Origin: Oligoflexus sp.
GTDB taxonomy: Bacteria > Bdellovibrionota_B > Oligoflexia > Oligoflexales > Oligoflexaceae
NCBI GenBank assembly: GCA_041736305.1
Contig: JBGSTX010000334.1
Span: 1 to 64,000, forward strand
DNA length: 64,000 nt
Direction of reading: 5' to 3'
In this document: positions 48,747 to 57,345 of the stretch, piece by piece
Layout: the number at the start of each line of letters is the position of its first letter
Position numbering within the stretch: the stretch's first letter is position 1
The notes under the pieces: generated by a model
Seen by the model: only the letters and a program-made list of their open reading frames with translations
Told to the model about the DNA's origin: nothing
Database searches by the model: none
Program-made: the position numbers and the translations under genes

Positions 48747-50187
48747 GGATATAAGTCAGCAATTTATCCAGTGCGAACAAGAACTGTTTATCAAACGCGG
48801 AAAGATTTCCGTTAGTGTAGCAGTAGTTCTTGTTCTTCTATTTTGGCTGGTAGATTGGATTTATGCCCCGCACTTGGCTTGGTCTTTCCTAGCTTATCGC
48901 CTCGCCGTAATCCCAACAGTAATGATCTGTTTGTTTCTCTGGCGCCACAAAGCCTTCCGCGAACATCTCTATTTTATTCCAGGCTACATCGTTTGCGGCT
49001 ATCTGGGTTTATACACGGCAGTTTTGATCTCCCTCAATGAGCAGGAAAATTCTCCTTACTACGCAGGGCTAAATCTTGTTACTTATGGTTCGCTTTTCTT
49101 TTTGCCTTGGCGGCGCTTTCATGCTGGGGTTTCAGTACTTCTCACCTATCTCCCTTATGTCGTTTCGATCACTTTAGTTTCGAAAGAAACTTTAGACTGG
49201 GCTCATTTAGCTCCCCATCTGGCTTTCTGCAGCAGTACGATTGGAATGGGCGCGATCGTGATGGAGTTGAGCCGTAAACTGCGTTTCCGGGAATTTGAAA
49301 GCCAGTATCTTCTCAATGTGGAGATCCTCACTAAAGATGCCGTGATTGCACAAAAATCTAAGGAAGCTGTACATCTTGAAAAGCTATCGCGGCAATTTTC
49401 ACAGAGCGTGATCGATTCAGTTCGGATAGGATCCGTCTCAATTGACCATCCTCGCCGTGTGCTAGTCACCTGTCTATTTATCGACATCGAGAGTTCCACC
49501 GGCCGCTCAGTGCGCATTGACTATCAAGACTATGTCTCTGTTTTGAGCGATTTCTTTTCGGCTACCGCTAAAATCCTTTTAGATTTCAATTTGACCGTCA
49601 GCAGCTATCTTGGGGATGGGATGATGGCTTTTGCGAATGCCCCGGTCTACCAGCCGGATCATCAAGAAAGAACCTTGAAGGCCGCCTTGGAAATTCTCCG
49701 CATGCACGCTGCACGGCGTGATGCCTACATCAGAGAGTGGCGAAGTGATTTCAATATCCGCATAGGCATCAATACTGGATTTGCATCAGTCGGATTTTTT
49801 CCTGCAGCTACAAAGAATTCCTACACCGCTGTTAGTCCACAGGTCACACTTGCCAGTCGACTCTGCTCTTATGCTGAACGAAACTCGGTGGCTATCACAA
49901 AGCCATTCCTCGTTCAAATAGGAGCATCTTTGAAAGATGCTCATGTAAAAAATTTGCGCGTGGAACAAAATATAAAGGGATTCGAAGGCGAATCAATCGA
50001 AGTTTTGACTGTTCTGCCCATTTATAAAGATGTCGATCAGGAAGCCTGTCCTCGATGCCAAGGTCGCTATTCCATCGTCAATGAGCCCGGTGAAATCCAG
50101 GTTGTACGCTGTATGAGCTGCGGATTTACTGACGTCCGAGACGGCGCCATATCAATTAAACAGATTACCCTTCCTGAGGCTTCTTAA
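48739..50187 (+). CDS. 6-TM receptor fused to a class III adenylate/guanylate cyclase, with a C-terminal Zn ribbon
   Basis: Six hydrophobic segments including SPYYAGLNL; LFIDIESST; YLGDGMMAF; IRIGINTG...VG; YTAV...V.LASRL; CPRC...CMSC; 8-nt overlap with the upstream gene. Confidence 0.85.
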   Translation: MNKDISQQFIQCEQELFIKRGKISVSVAVVLVLLFWLVDWIYAPHLAWSFLAYRLAVIPTVMICLFLWRHKAFREHLYFIPGYIVCGYLGLYTAVLISLNEQENSPYYAGLNLVTYGSLFFLPWRRFHAGVSVLLTYLPYVVSITLVSKETLDWAHLAPHLAFCSSTIGMGAIVMELSRKLRFREFESQYLLNVEILTKDAVIAQKSKEAVHLEKLSRQFSQSVIDSVRIGSVSIDHPRRVLVTCLFIDIESSTGRSVRIDYQDYVSVLSDFFSATAKILLDFNLTVSSYLGDGMMAFANAPVYQPDHQERTLKAALEILRMHAARRDAYIREWRSDFNIRIGINTGFASVGFFPAATKNSYTAVSPQVTLASRLCSYAERNSVAITKPFLVQIGASLKDAHVKNLRVEQNIKGFEGESIEVLTVLPIYKDVDQEACPRCQGRYSIVNEPGEIQVVRCMSCGFTDVRDGAISIKQITLPEAS

Positions 50188-50203
50188 ATTCTACCCGAGC
50201 AAT

Positions 50204-50231
50204 AAAAAAAGCCTCATCGAATAATGAGGCT
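50204..50231 (-). terminator. Rho-independent terminator of rplS
   Basis: AGCCTCAT-CGAATA-ATGAGGCT stem preceded by an A7 run (U tract on the minus strand). Confidence 0.75.
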
Positions 50232-50254
50232 AAGTCTAAATATCTAGCTCTTGA

Positions 50255-50635
50255 TTACTTAACAGTGGCCACGTGACGACTACGGATACGAGCAGCCTTA
50301 CCAGCTAGGGAGCGTAGGTAATAAAGACGCGAGCGACGGACGATACCGGCTGCAATCAATTCCACCTTAGCTATATGTGGCGAGAGAAGAGGAAACACAC
50401 GTTCAACACCAATGCTGTTGGCGCCGATCTTACGGACAGTAAACGATCCTTCGACATGGCCTTTCTTGCGAGCAAGAACCACGCCTTCAAATTGCTGGAT
50501 ACGAAATTTACCGGCTTCTGCACCTTCTTGAAGCTTATAGTGCACTCTAACAGTGTCGCCAGGGCGAAACTTAGGGAAGGTGTTTTCTAGCGGGAATTTT
50601 TTCTTTTCAAAGTTACTGATGATTGCATTTTTCAT
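50255..50635 (-). CDS. rplS: 50S ribosomal protein L19
   Basis: P.FRPGDTVRVH, RIQ.FEG.V, FTVRKI, GVERVFP..SP, VRR..LYYLR...GKAARI. Confidence 0.97.
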   Translation of the reverse strand: MKNAIISNFEKKKFPLENTFPKFRPGDTVRVHYKLQEGAEAGKFRIQQFEGVVLARKKGHVEGSFTVRKIGANSIGVERVFPLLSPHIAKVELIAAGIVRRSRLYYLRSLAGKAARIRSRHVATVK

Positions 50636-50759
50636 CGGCTATTTACCTATGCAGATTGGCGGCCTTGAGCGCTACCATGACTCGTCTTTCCAGGACAGTG
50701 TTAACTACCTTAGAACGAACCCATGGTCAAGCGGCTCTTCACGACGCGTTCTTTCTCAA

Positions 50760-51206
50760 CTAAATTGCCAGTTCGAGGGCAGCGGCCTTCATGAGATCCT
50801 GCTTGGCATCTTCAAGCACATGAAAAAGCTCTTCGCGTTCGGCAGTTGTAATCCTCTGCCGCATCAGTGGCAGGATTCGATCCTCGATACTCTGCATGTG
50901 CGCCATAAATGATGATCGGAGAGCTTGGACGCGTGCATTATCAAGGCTATTGTTCGCATCGAGCAATGCCACCTGCTCGAGCATTTCCTGCAGTTCGTTC
51001 GAGATTCTGGCGAATAGGGCTTCGTTTTTAGGCGAAAGTTCGATCAGTTCGGGAAGGAGATAGCTCACCTCGAGGTTCAGGTAAGCTTTGAGGCGTCCGA
51101 GAATTCCAATCCTGAGCCCTTGGGTCTCCGAGCCCTCTGCCAAGAGCGTAAGCTCGGCTAGCCGTTCTTTAAGCTCGGTTTTCAGCAGCTGCAATACGTC
51201 CATCAT
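50760..51206 (-). CDS. Hemerythrin-like helical protein (degenerate)
   Basis: L..YL.LE..YL.P and H....ED.ILP repeats; GGAGG RBS. Confidence 0.55.
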   Translation of the reverse strand: MMDVLQLLKTELKERLAELTLLAEGSETQGLRIGILGRLKAYLNLEVSYLLPELIELSPKNEALFARISNELQEMLEQVALLDANNSLDNARVQALRSSFMAHMQSIEDRILPLMRQRITTAEREELFHVLEDAKQDLMKAAALELAI

Positions 51207-51377
51207 AAAACCTCCAAAGAACAGCCCAGAACATTAAAACGATAGGCTTAGGGTCGCCGTACCGAAGATGTGTATAGAGCACAACATGATGAGATGATGA
51301 GGGGTGATATAGACGATGCGCATCGAGCATGCAAGCCCGAGAATTGACAGGATTTCATTTTCCTGCAGAAGGTGCAT

Positions 51378-52271
51378 TTACAAAGGGCTTCGACTTCTTG
51401 GTGTATCACTCAGATAAGCGAGACCACGCCGCAACGCTATAATTAGCTTCGCTTGCCGTTCGGAAGATTCCCCTGGGAGATGGGCAGCAAGCTCTGCGCT
51501 CAAATCACTGTCACTCTTTTGGGCCAGTTCAGTCAAAGACCCACCTATCTTTCGTAGATCGCTTTGTTCAGCTGGACTTAAGGACGACCATATTTTTTGC
51601 GGATCCCAAAGTTCTCCTTTCCCTTCGAATGCATCGGCCATAAGGAAGAAGGCTAAGCTCCAACGCTCGTGATCGCTTAGGCTGACGCCGAAGGTAGGCA
51701 TAATAGAATTAGGTATGCCAGTGATCAAAAGGTTGTAGTAGCTGAATGCAGTCCTCGTTTCGCTCCTGGCTAGCTCGAGAAGATTCGTAGGAGGAGGAAC
51801 CATAGGAAAACGCTTATTTTGAGCTAGTTTGCCATCACCTAGCCCTTGGCTACCATGACAAGACTCACAGTTTTCTCGGTAGACCTCCAACCCAAGCTGA
51901 ACATTGGGTACTTCGGTCGGGACTGTGATGACTTTAAATGCCTCAACTATTAGGGATCTATATCGACGCGTCAGGCGTTCCAGCGGCACCCGATTCCCCT
52001 GGGCTATGTCAATTTCTTTGAATAAGCTTTGAAAGTCATTCTGCTTAGTTTTAGAGAGCTTTTCTGCAAGCGTTTCATAACCTTTTTGTATATCCAAGCG
52101 CTTTTCAGGCGAGATTCTGCCCTTTTGGCTTTCAGAAATCGCCCTGTCAACCAAGACCAGATGGTCACGCAAAGCTTTCGTATAATGGCGACGCATTTCT
52201 CGACTATCACGGGCCACAGCTGGTCTAATCATGCACAGAACGAGGAGTAAAAAGCTTAAAATCTTAAACAT
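51378..52271 (-). CDS. Periplasmic mono-heme cytochrome c (resembles the FTR1-associated cytochrome domain)
   Basis: Signal peptide; G..VY.ENCESCHG..G.GDG, P.PTNL, GI.NS.MP.F..LSD.ERW.LAF. Confidence 0.78.
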   Translation of the reverse strand: MFKILSFLLLVLCMIRPAVARDSREMRRHYTKALRDHLVLVDRAISESQKGRISPEKRLDIQKGYETLAEKLSKTKQNDFQSLFKEIDIAQGNRVPLERLTRRYRSLIVEAFKVITVPTEVPNVQLGLEVYRENCESCHGSQGLGDGKLAQNKRFPMVPPPTNLLELARSETRTAFSYYNLLITGIPNSIMPTFGVSLSDHERWSLAFFLMADAFEGKGELWDPQKIWSSLSPAEQSDLRKIGGSLTELAQKSDSDLSAELAAHLPGESSERQAKLIIALRRGLAYLSDTPRSRSPL

Positions 52272-53013
52272 GTCGAACCCTTTCGGCCGCAGTTAGCGGC
52301 CGATGGTTGGTAAGGATTTCATCGAAGCCCGCCCGAAGAGCTGCGATAGTGTCGTCGTCAGTCTCAGGTAGATAAGCTAGGAGCCGCGCTCCTCGGCGAT
52401 GATAACTTTCAACAATTGCGGGCGTAAAGAGATCATGGCCGAGGAATAATCTAGGCAGAGTATAGGTTCGGCCGGCCTGAATGGCCCCGAGCTTGGGAAC
52501 CTTCAAAAGCACTGAAAGCCCTGCTCTCCAACAAGCATGTTTATCTGCTAGAGTTGGCATCCTTGGAAATAGCTGCTTCGCTAAGCGCCGAGCCCGCGAG
52601 GTCCAAAGCAGCAGACGCGCTTGTGAGTTAAGCCAGGAGTCTGCATTCTTGCGGTGGGCCCAGCGCTTGAGGATATGGAGCGTCTGCAAATCAGTCTCAG
52701 GCTTTATGTCAAAAATCCAGCTGTATCCAGCATAACGCTGCATGAATTCATCGAAAGTCAGTATCTGCTGCTGATCCCGCGTTTTAATTCGTCGTATATC
52801 TACCAAACGCATTTCATGAACAGCACGGTCGACACCACAACTTCGCTCCAGACTTACATCATGCATGAGGACGATATGACCGTCCGCAGTTGCTCTTAAG
52901 TCGAGCTCTAGATGAATAAACCCTGCCTCTATAGCCAAATCAAAGGAGCGTAGAGTATTTTCAACACACTCTTGATGGGAGCCTCGATGACTGACCCAGA
53001 TAACATCGTGCAT
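52264..53013 (-). CDS. Glycerophosphodiester phosphodiesterase family protein
   Basis: SHRG, ENT..SF..A, ELD...T.DG..V..HD..L.R, I.TN.P. Confidence 0.88.
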   Translation of the reverse strand: MHDVIWVSHRGSHQECVENTLRSFDLAIEAGFIHLELDLRATADGHIVLMHDVSLERSCGVDRAVHEMRLVDIRRIKTRDQQQILTFDEFMQRYAGYSWIFDIKPETDLQTLHILKRWAHRKNADSWLNSQARLLLWTSRARRLAKQLFPRMPTLADKHACWRAGLSVLLKVPKLGAIQAGRTYTLPRLFLGHDLFTPAIVESYHRRGARLLAYLPETDDDTIAALRAGFDEILTNHRPLTAAERVRHV

Positions 53014-53171
53014 ACCTACCCTCTTTCAAAGTCTCTTCCATATACCTGAGCAATGGACCTTAGCTCAACGGAAACTCCTGGTCAGATTGAGGTCGTTCTT
53101 CTACAATCCGCTCGTGTTTCAAACAGCAAAGTGCTGAACTTACTGCTTATTAAGTCAGACGGGGCAGAGCT

Positions 53172-55325
53172 ATGAGCAAGCAATATAAAACCGGACTAAG
53201 CGACCGTGGAACCTGGGAGAAACTAGCCCAAAAAGATTGCGGTGCTGTTCCCCTTAGCTCCCTAGACCGAAAAACCCCTGAAGGAGTTCTGCTCAAAGCT
53301 CTCTATACGACGCGCGATCTCGAAGGACTTGATTTTCTCGATTCGCTGCCAGGATTTCCACCTTATACCCGTGGACCAAGGGCAAGCATGTATACGGTGA
53401 AACCCTGGACCATTAGACAATACGCAGGCTTCTCAACCGCCGAGGAGTCGAATCGCTTTTATCGCGAAAACCTCGCCGCAGGCCAGAAAGGTTTGAGCGT
53501 AGCTTTTGATTTGGCGACCCACCGTGGTTATGATTCAGATCACCCTAGAGTCGTAGGCGATGTCGGCAAAGCCGGAGTTGCCATCGACTCGGTCGAGGAT
53601 ATGAAAATACTCTTCGATCAAATTCCACTCGACACTATGAGTGTGTCGATGACAATGAATGGAGCCGTGATTCCGATTCTTGCGGCATTCATCGTCGCTG
53701 GCGAAGAACAAGGGGTTCGCCTTGAGCAGCTGTCCGGAACTATTCAGAATGATATTCTCAAAGAATACATGGTTCGTAATACTTATATTTATCCCCCTAT
53801 ACCCTCGATGCGGATAGTCGGTGACATCATTGCTTATACCGCAGAAAAGATGCCACGCTTCAATAGTATCTCTATCAGTGGTTACCATATCCAAGAGGCT
53901 GGGGGCAACTCAGCTATCGAGTTAGCTTTCACCTTAGCCGATGGTATCGAGTATGTGAGGGCAGCATTAAAACGGGGCCTCGCTGTCGATAGCTTTGCTC
54001 CTCGGCTTTCATTCTTTTTTGCGATAGGCATGAACTTCTACATGGAGATTGCCAAACTTCGTGCGGCAAGGACTCTCTGGTATAAACTCATGCAGGAATT
54101 TCAGCCCCAAGACCCTCGTTCATCTATACTGCGTACTCATTGCCAAACCTCGGGTTATACTTTGACCGAGCAGGACCCTTACAATAACATCATACGAACC
54201 ACAATCGAAGCCATGGCCTCCGTCTTTGGCGGCACCCAGTCGCTCCATACCAACTCTTTCGACGAGGCTGTCAGCCTACCGACCAATTTTTCAGCTCGCC
54301 TCGCTCGTAATACCCAACTCATTATTCAAGAAGAGACCGATATCTGCCATGTTGTTGATCCCTTCGGTGGCAGCTACTTTATGGAGTCCCTTACCAAAGA
54401 CCTCATCGATCGAGCGGCGCAGATTATTAAAGATCTCGATGCCGCAGGCGGAATGATCAGCGCCATCCAACAGGGTCTGCCGAAGCTTATGATCGAAGAA
54501 GCAGCAGCGACGAAACAGGCTAGGATCGATTCGAAGCAAGACGTTATCGTCGGAGTGAACAAGTACCGAACTGACGAAGTCAGTAGCTTTGATGTCCTTG
54601 ATATCGATAATACAGCGGTTCGTGAATCTCAAATCGCCCGCCTCCTTCGAGTCAAGGCAGAGCGCAAAGCAGAAGCTGTAGCAAGAGACCTAAAGGCCTT
54701 GGAAGAAGGTGCCCGTGGTGGCAGCAATCTGCTTGAGCTCGCGGTGGCCTGTATGCGTAGCCGGGCCACTGTTGGTGAAGTATCGGATGCACTGCGTCGC
54801 GTTTTTGGGGAGCACAAGGCGCCGATCCAATCGATAAGCAACATTTATGCAGCTGCAAGCCAAGACTCAAAAGACTTTAATGAAGCAAAGGCCGCTGTTG
54901 CAGCATTTTCCGAGCGCGAAGGTCGGCAGCCTCGCATTCTAGTAGCCAAACTAGGGCAGGATGGCCACGATCGCGGCGCCAAAGTTATAGCCACCGGTTT
55001 CGCCGATTTAGGCTACGACGTCGACATCGGAGCTCTTTTCCAAACTCCAGAAGAAGCAGTTAAGCAGGCTGTTGAGAACGACGTCCACGTTATTGGCATT
55101 TCGTCGCAAGCTGCCGCACACAAAACTCTTGTTCCCCAACTCCTGCAACTCCTCGAAAAAGAAGGGGCCAGCGACATAGCTGTCGTAGTAGGTGGGATAA
55201 TACCTCAGAAGGACTACGACTTCCTCCTTAGAGCCGGAGCTTCAGCAATCTTCGGCCCGGGAACGCCCGTACCCAAAGCTGCCTTAGAAACTCTTCAATC
55301 TATCGAGAGGAAGCGGCGTCCATGA
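53172..55325 (+). CDS. scpA: Methylmalonyl-CoA mutase (B12-dependent)
   Basis: [39 protein letters not shown]-like RLARNTQ, B12 motif GQDGHDRG. Confidence 0.96.
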   Translation: MSKQYKTGLSDRGTWEKLAQKDCGAVPLSSLDRKTPEGVLLKALYTTRDLEGLDFLDSLPGFPPYTRGPRASMYTVKPWTIRQYAGFSTAEESNRFYRENLAAGQKGLSVAFDLATHRGYDSDHPRVVGDVGKAGVAIDSVEDMKILFDQIPLDTMSVSMTMNGAVIPILAAFIVAGEEQGVRLEQLSGTIQNDILKEYMVRNTYIYPPIPSMRIVGDIIAYTAEKMPRFNSISISGYHIQEAGGNSAIELAFTLADGIEYVRAALKRGLAVDSFAPRLSFFFAIGMNFYMEIAKLRAARTLWYKLMQEFQPQDPRSSILRTHCQTSGYTLTEQDPYNNIIRTTIEAMASVFGGTQSLHTNSFDEAVSLPTNFSARLARNTQLIIQEETDICHVVDPFGGSYFMESLTKDLIDRAAQIIKDLDAAGGMISAIQQGLPKLMIEEAAATKQARIDSKQDVIVGVNKYRTDEVSSFDVLDIDNTAVRESQIARLLRVKAERKAEAVARDLKALEEGARGGSNLLELAVACMRSRATVGEVSDALRRVFGEHKAPIQSISNIYAAASQDSKDFNEAKAAVAAFSEREGRQPRILVAKLGQDGHDRGAKVIATGFADLGYDVDIGALFQTPEEAVKQAVENDVHVIGISSQAAAHKTLVPQLLQLLEKEGASDIAVVVGGIIPQKDYDFLLRAGASAIFGPGTPVPKAALETLQSIERKRRP

Positions 55326-56317
55326 GCTCTGACTCTCGCGTTTCGTCGCTGGCTGAAGGTATCCTGAAAGGATCGCGTCGCAGTCTCGGGAAGGCACTGA
55401 CCCTTATTGAAAGCCGTTTGCCAAATGATCGGGTTGCAGCTCTAGCTCTCCTAGAAACTATTTATCCTCGTCGCAAGACATCTCAGCGCATAGGAATCAG
55501 CGGCCCTCCCGGAGTCGGGAAAAGTACCTTTATCGAGGCACTGGGCCTGCATTTCCTCGAACAAGGCCGGCGCTTGGCCGTCCTCGCCATTGATCCTAGT
55601 TCGCCTCTTTCGTCTGGTAGCATTCTCGGCGACAAAACCCGCATGGAACTTCTGGCCAATCATGACTCTTGTTTTATTCGCCCATCCCCGGCAGGATTGT
55701 CGCTTGGAGGTGTCGCGCGCAGGACTCACGAAGCCATATTGGTATGCGAAGCGGCAGGCTATGATGCTATCATCGTGGAAACCGTAGGTGTCGGCCAGTC
55801 GGAGCATCTTATCGCGAAGATGGTAGATATCTTTATGCTTCTTGCCCTCCCGCATGCGGGAGACCAGCTGCAGGGATTGAAAAGGGGTATCCTCGAGCTG
55901 GTAGATCTGGTCGTTATCAATAAAGCAGATGGTTTATTTTTGACGGCTGCGCGGCAAGCTGTGGTCGATCATAAAGCTGCTCTGCACTGGCAACGCCACA
56001 ACTCAGAGCGCCTCGCCGCTGAAGTCCATCTCTGCAGCGCACTTGAGAAAACGGGGATTGAATCTATCTATCGTGCGCTTAATGAGCGCTCCCAAGCGAC
56101 TTATGAGCAAGGTCTGTGGGAGGCGAGGCGAAAATCTCAGGATCAGCTCTGGTACAAGAGTGAAATACACGAGCAGTTGATGGAACGGCTCGCGAGCAAT
56201 CCAGGATTTAGGAAGCTCTTGCAGGAGATGCAGGCCCAGATTGATGCCAGCGAACTACCTCCGCCCGTGGCTGCAGATCGAATCATGAATCAACTGATTA
56301 GAAAGATCACAATATGA
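55322..56317 (+). CDS. meaB: Methylmalonyl-CoA mutase-associated GTPase MeaB/ArgK
   Basis: [41 protein letters not shown]-coupled to scpA. Confidence 0.95.
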   Translation: MSSDSRVSSLAEGILKGSRRSLGKALTLIESRLPNDRVAALALLETIYPRRKTSQRIGISGPPGVGKSTFIEALGLHFLEQGRRLAVLAIDPSSPLSSGSILGDKTRMELLANHDSCFIRPSPAGLSLGGVARRTHEAILVCEAAGYDAIIVETVGVGQSEHLIAKMVDIFMLLALPHAGDQLQGLKRGILELVDLVVINKADGLFLTAARQAVVDHKAALHWQRHNSERLAAEVHLCSALEKTGIESIYRALNERSQATYEQGLWEARRKSQDQLWYKSEIHEQLMERLASNPGFRKLLQEMQAQIDASELPPPVAADRIMNQLIRKITI

Positions 56318-56679
56318 ACGAGCAAATTTACTCTTTGAGTCCCGAGGCCCACAGGAAGGCACTCGAACTTCAAAACGACTTTCCTCGTTATCGCAACCTG
56401 CCCCTAAGGCTTTACGTCGAGGGAAAGGGTTGTGATGGCTTTACCTATGGCGTAAGCTTTGATGATTCTGCCCCTGACGACTTGCACTTCGTTCAAGACG
56501 GGCTCTCTTGCATCATCGACCCCCAAAGCCTGGAATTTTGCAAAGGTTCGCAAATAGAATGGGTCGATGATGAGCGAGGCACGGGATTTCTGGTTGAAAA
56601 CCCGAATCAAAGAAAATTCCGTGGGAAGTTCTACAAGCGCAAAGCCTGGCTTGAAAGGTTCGAAGGCGCTAAAGCTTAG
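56314..56679 (+). CDS. HesB/IscA (A-type carrier)-fold protein lacking the C-terminal CGC
   Basis: LRLYVEG.GC.GF.Y...FD, ID..SL...G..I..V.....GF...NPN; ATGA-coupled to meaB. Confidence 0.8.
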   Translation: MNEQIYSLSPEAHRKALELQNDFPRYRNLPLRLYVEGKGCDGFTYGVSFDDSAPDDLHFVQDGLSCIIDPQSLEFCKGSQIEWVDDERGTGFLVENPNQRKFRGKFYKRKAWLERFEGAKA

Positions 56680-57335
56680 ACCGGCCCCTGACTCAGCTGG
56701 TAGCCACCACCATAAACGCTTTTTATTTGGTATTGAGACGTTTCAAGGTAGCGCCTGAGCCTGGAAATATGACTGGCTATGCTGCGGCTGGAGACTTTTA
56801 CATGCCGCCAGACTTCGGCAGTAAGATCTTCATGACTTAAACAACGATCGGGATGCTTTAGAAAAACCCTGAGGATTTGCAGCTCTTTGGGAGCTAGACG
56901 AACCCAGACGCCGTCGGGTAGAATCCGCAGTCGCTGCCCTTCAACATCGAGACAAATTTCACCTAATTGCAGATAAGTACTGGATCGAAGATCTGGATTT
57001 GAAAGAATCTGCTGGAGGAGGAATGGCAGCTCTCGCCAATCTTCTGGACGCACGATCCAGACTCCTTCTATCGTCAGAAGTTCGTGGCCATCCCCAATAT
57101 AAATCCGATTAACATCTTGCCACTGTAAGCTGAGTATCTGGTCGAGGTTGGATATTTCCTCGGGGAAATCTGCACAACGAACGACGATAGCATCGGGCCG
57201 CTTTCTGCTCATGGGACTTAGCCGGAAAAAATTGCGAAGCGAGGCAAAAGCTCTTACAGCAAAGTCGCCCTGCAGTAGATCGGGCAAATTTTCTTGAGCT
57301 GGCCTAGGGGTTTCCAAAACCCAGACTACTGCCAT
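56676..57335 (-). CDS. OmpR-type winged-helix regulator with a degenerate receiver domain
   Basis: L.PKE.QIL, S.E.L...VW, RSI.SHISRLR, I.SVYGGGY. Confidence 0.8.
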   Translation of the reverse strand: MAVVWVLETPRPAQENLPDLLQGDFAVRAFASLRNFFRLSPMSRKRPDAIVVRCADFPEEISNLDQILSLQWQDVNRIYIGDGHELLTIEGVWIVRPEDWRELPFLLQQILSNPDLRSSTYLQLGEICLDVEGQRLRILPDGVWVRLAPKELQILRVFLKHPDRCLSHEDLTAEVWRHVKVSSRSIASHISRLRRYLETSQYQIKSVYGGGYQLSQGPV

Positions 57336-57345
57336 CGGCGCGTCC

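Noticed and set aside
48739-50187. Pycsar-type antiphage cyclase system
   Set aside because: No adjacent cNMP-binding TM or TIR effector; the cyclase has a receptor-like 6-TM domain and its partner is a methyltransferase.
53014-53171. Cobalamin riboswitch upstream of methylmalonyl-CoA mutase
   Set aside because: There is some hairpin potential, but I see none of the hallmark B12-element motifs (GGGAA, GCCACTG, B12 box), and the spacer is short.
5222-55325. B12 cluster formed by the PduO-type gene, queG and scpA-meaB
   Set aside because: All are cobalamin-related, but they lie tens of kb apart in unrelated operons.
56314-56679. HesB-like selenoprotein
   Set aside because: No in-frame TGA; the ORF ends in TAG after a basic tail.
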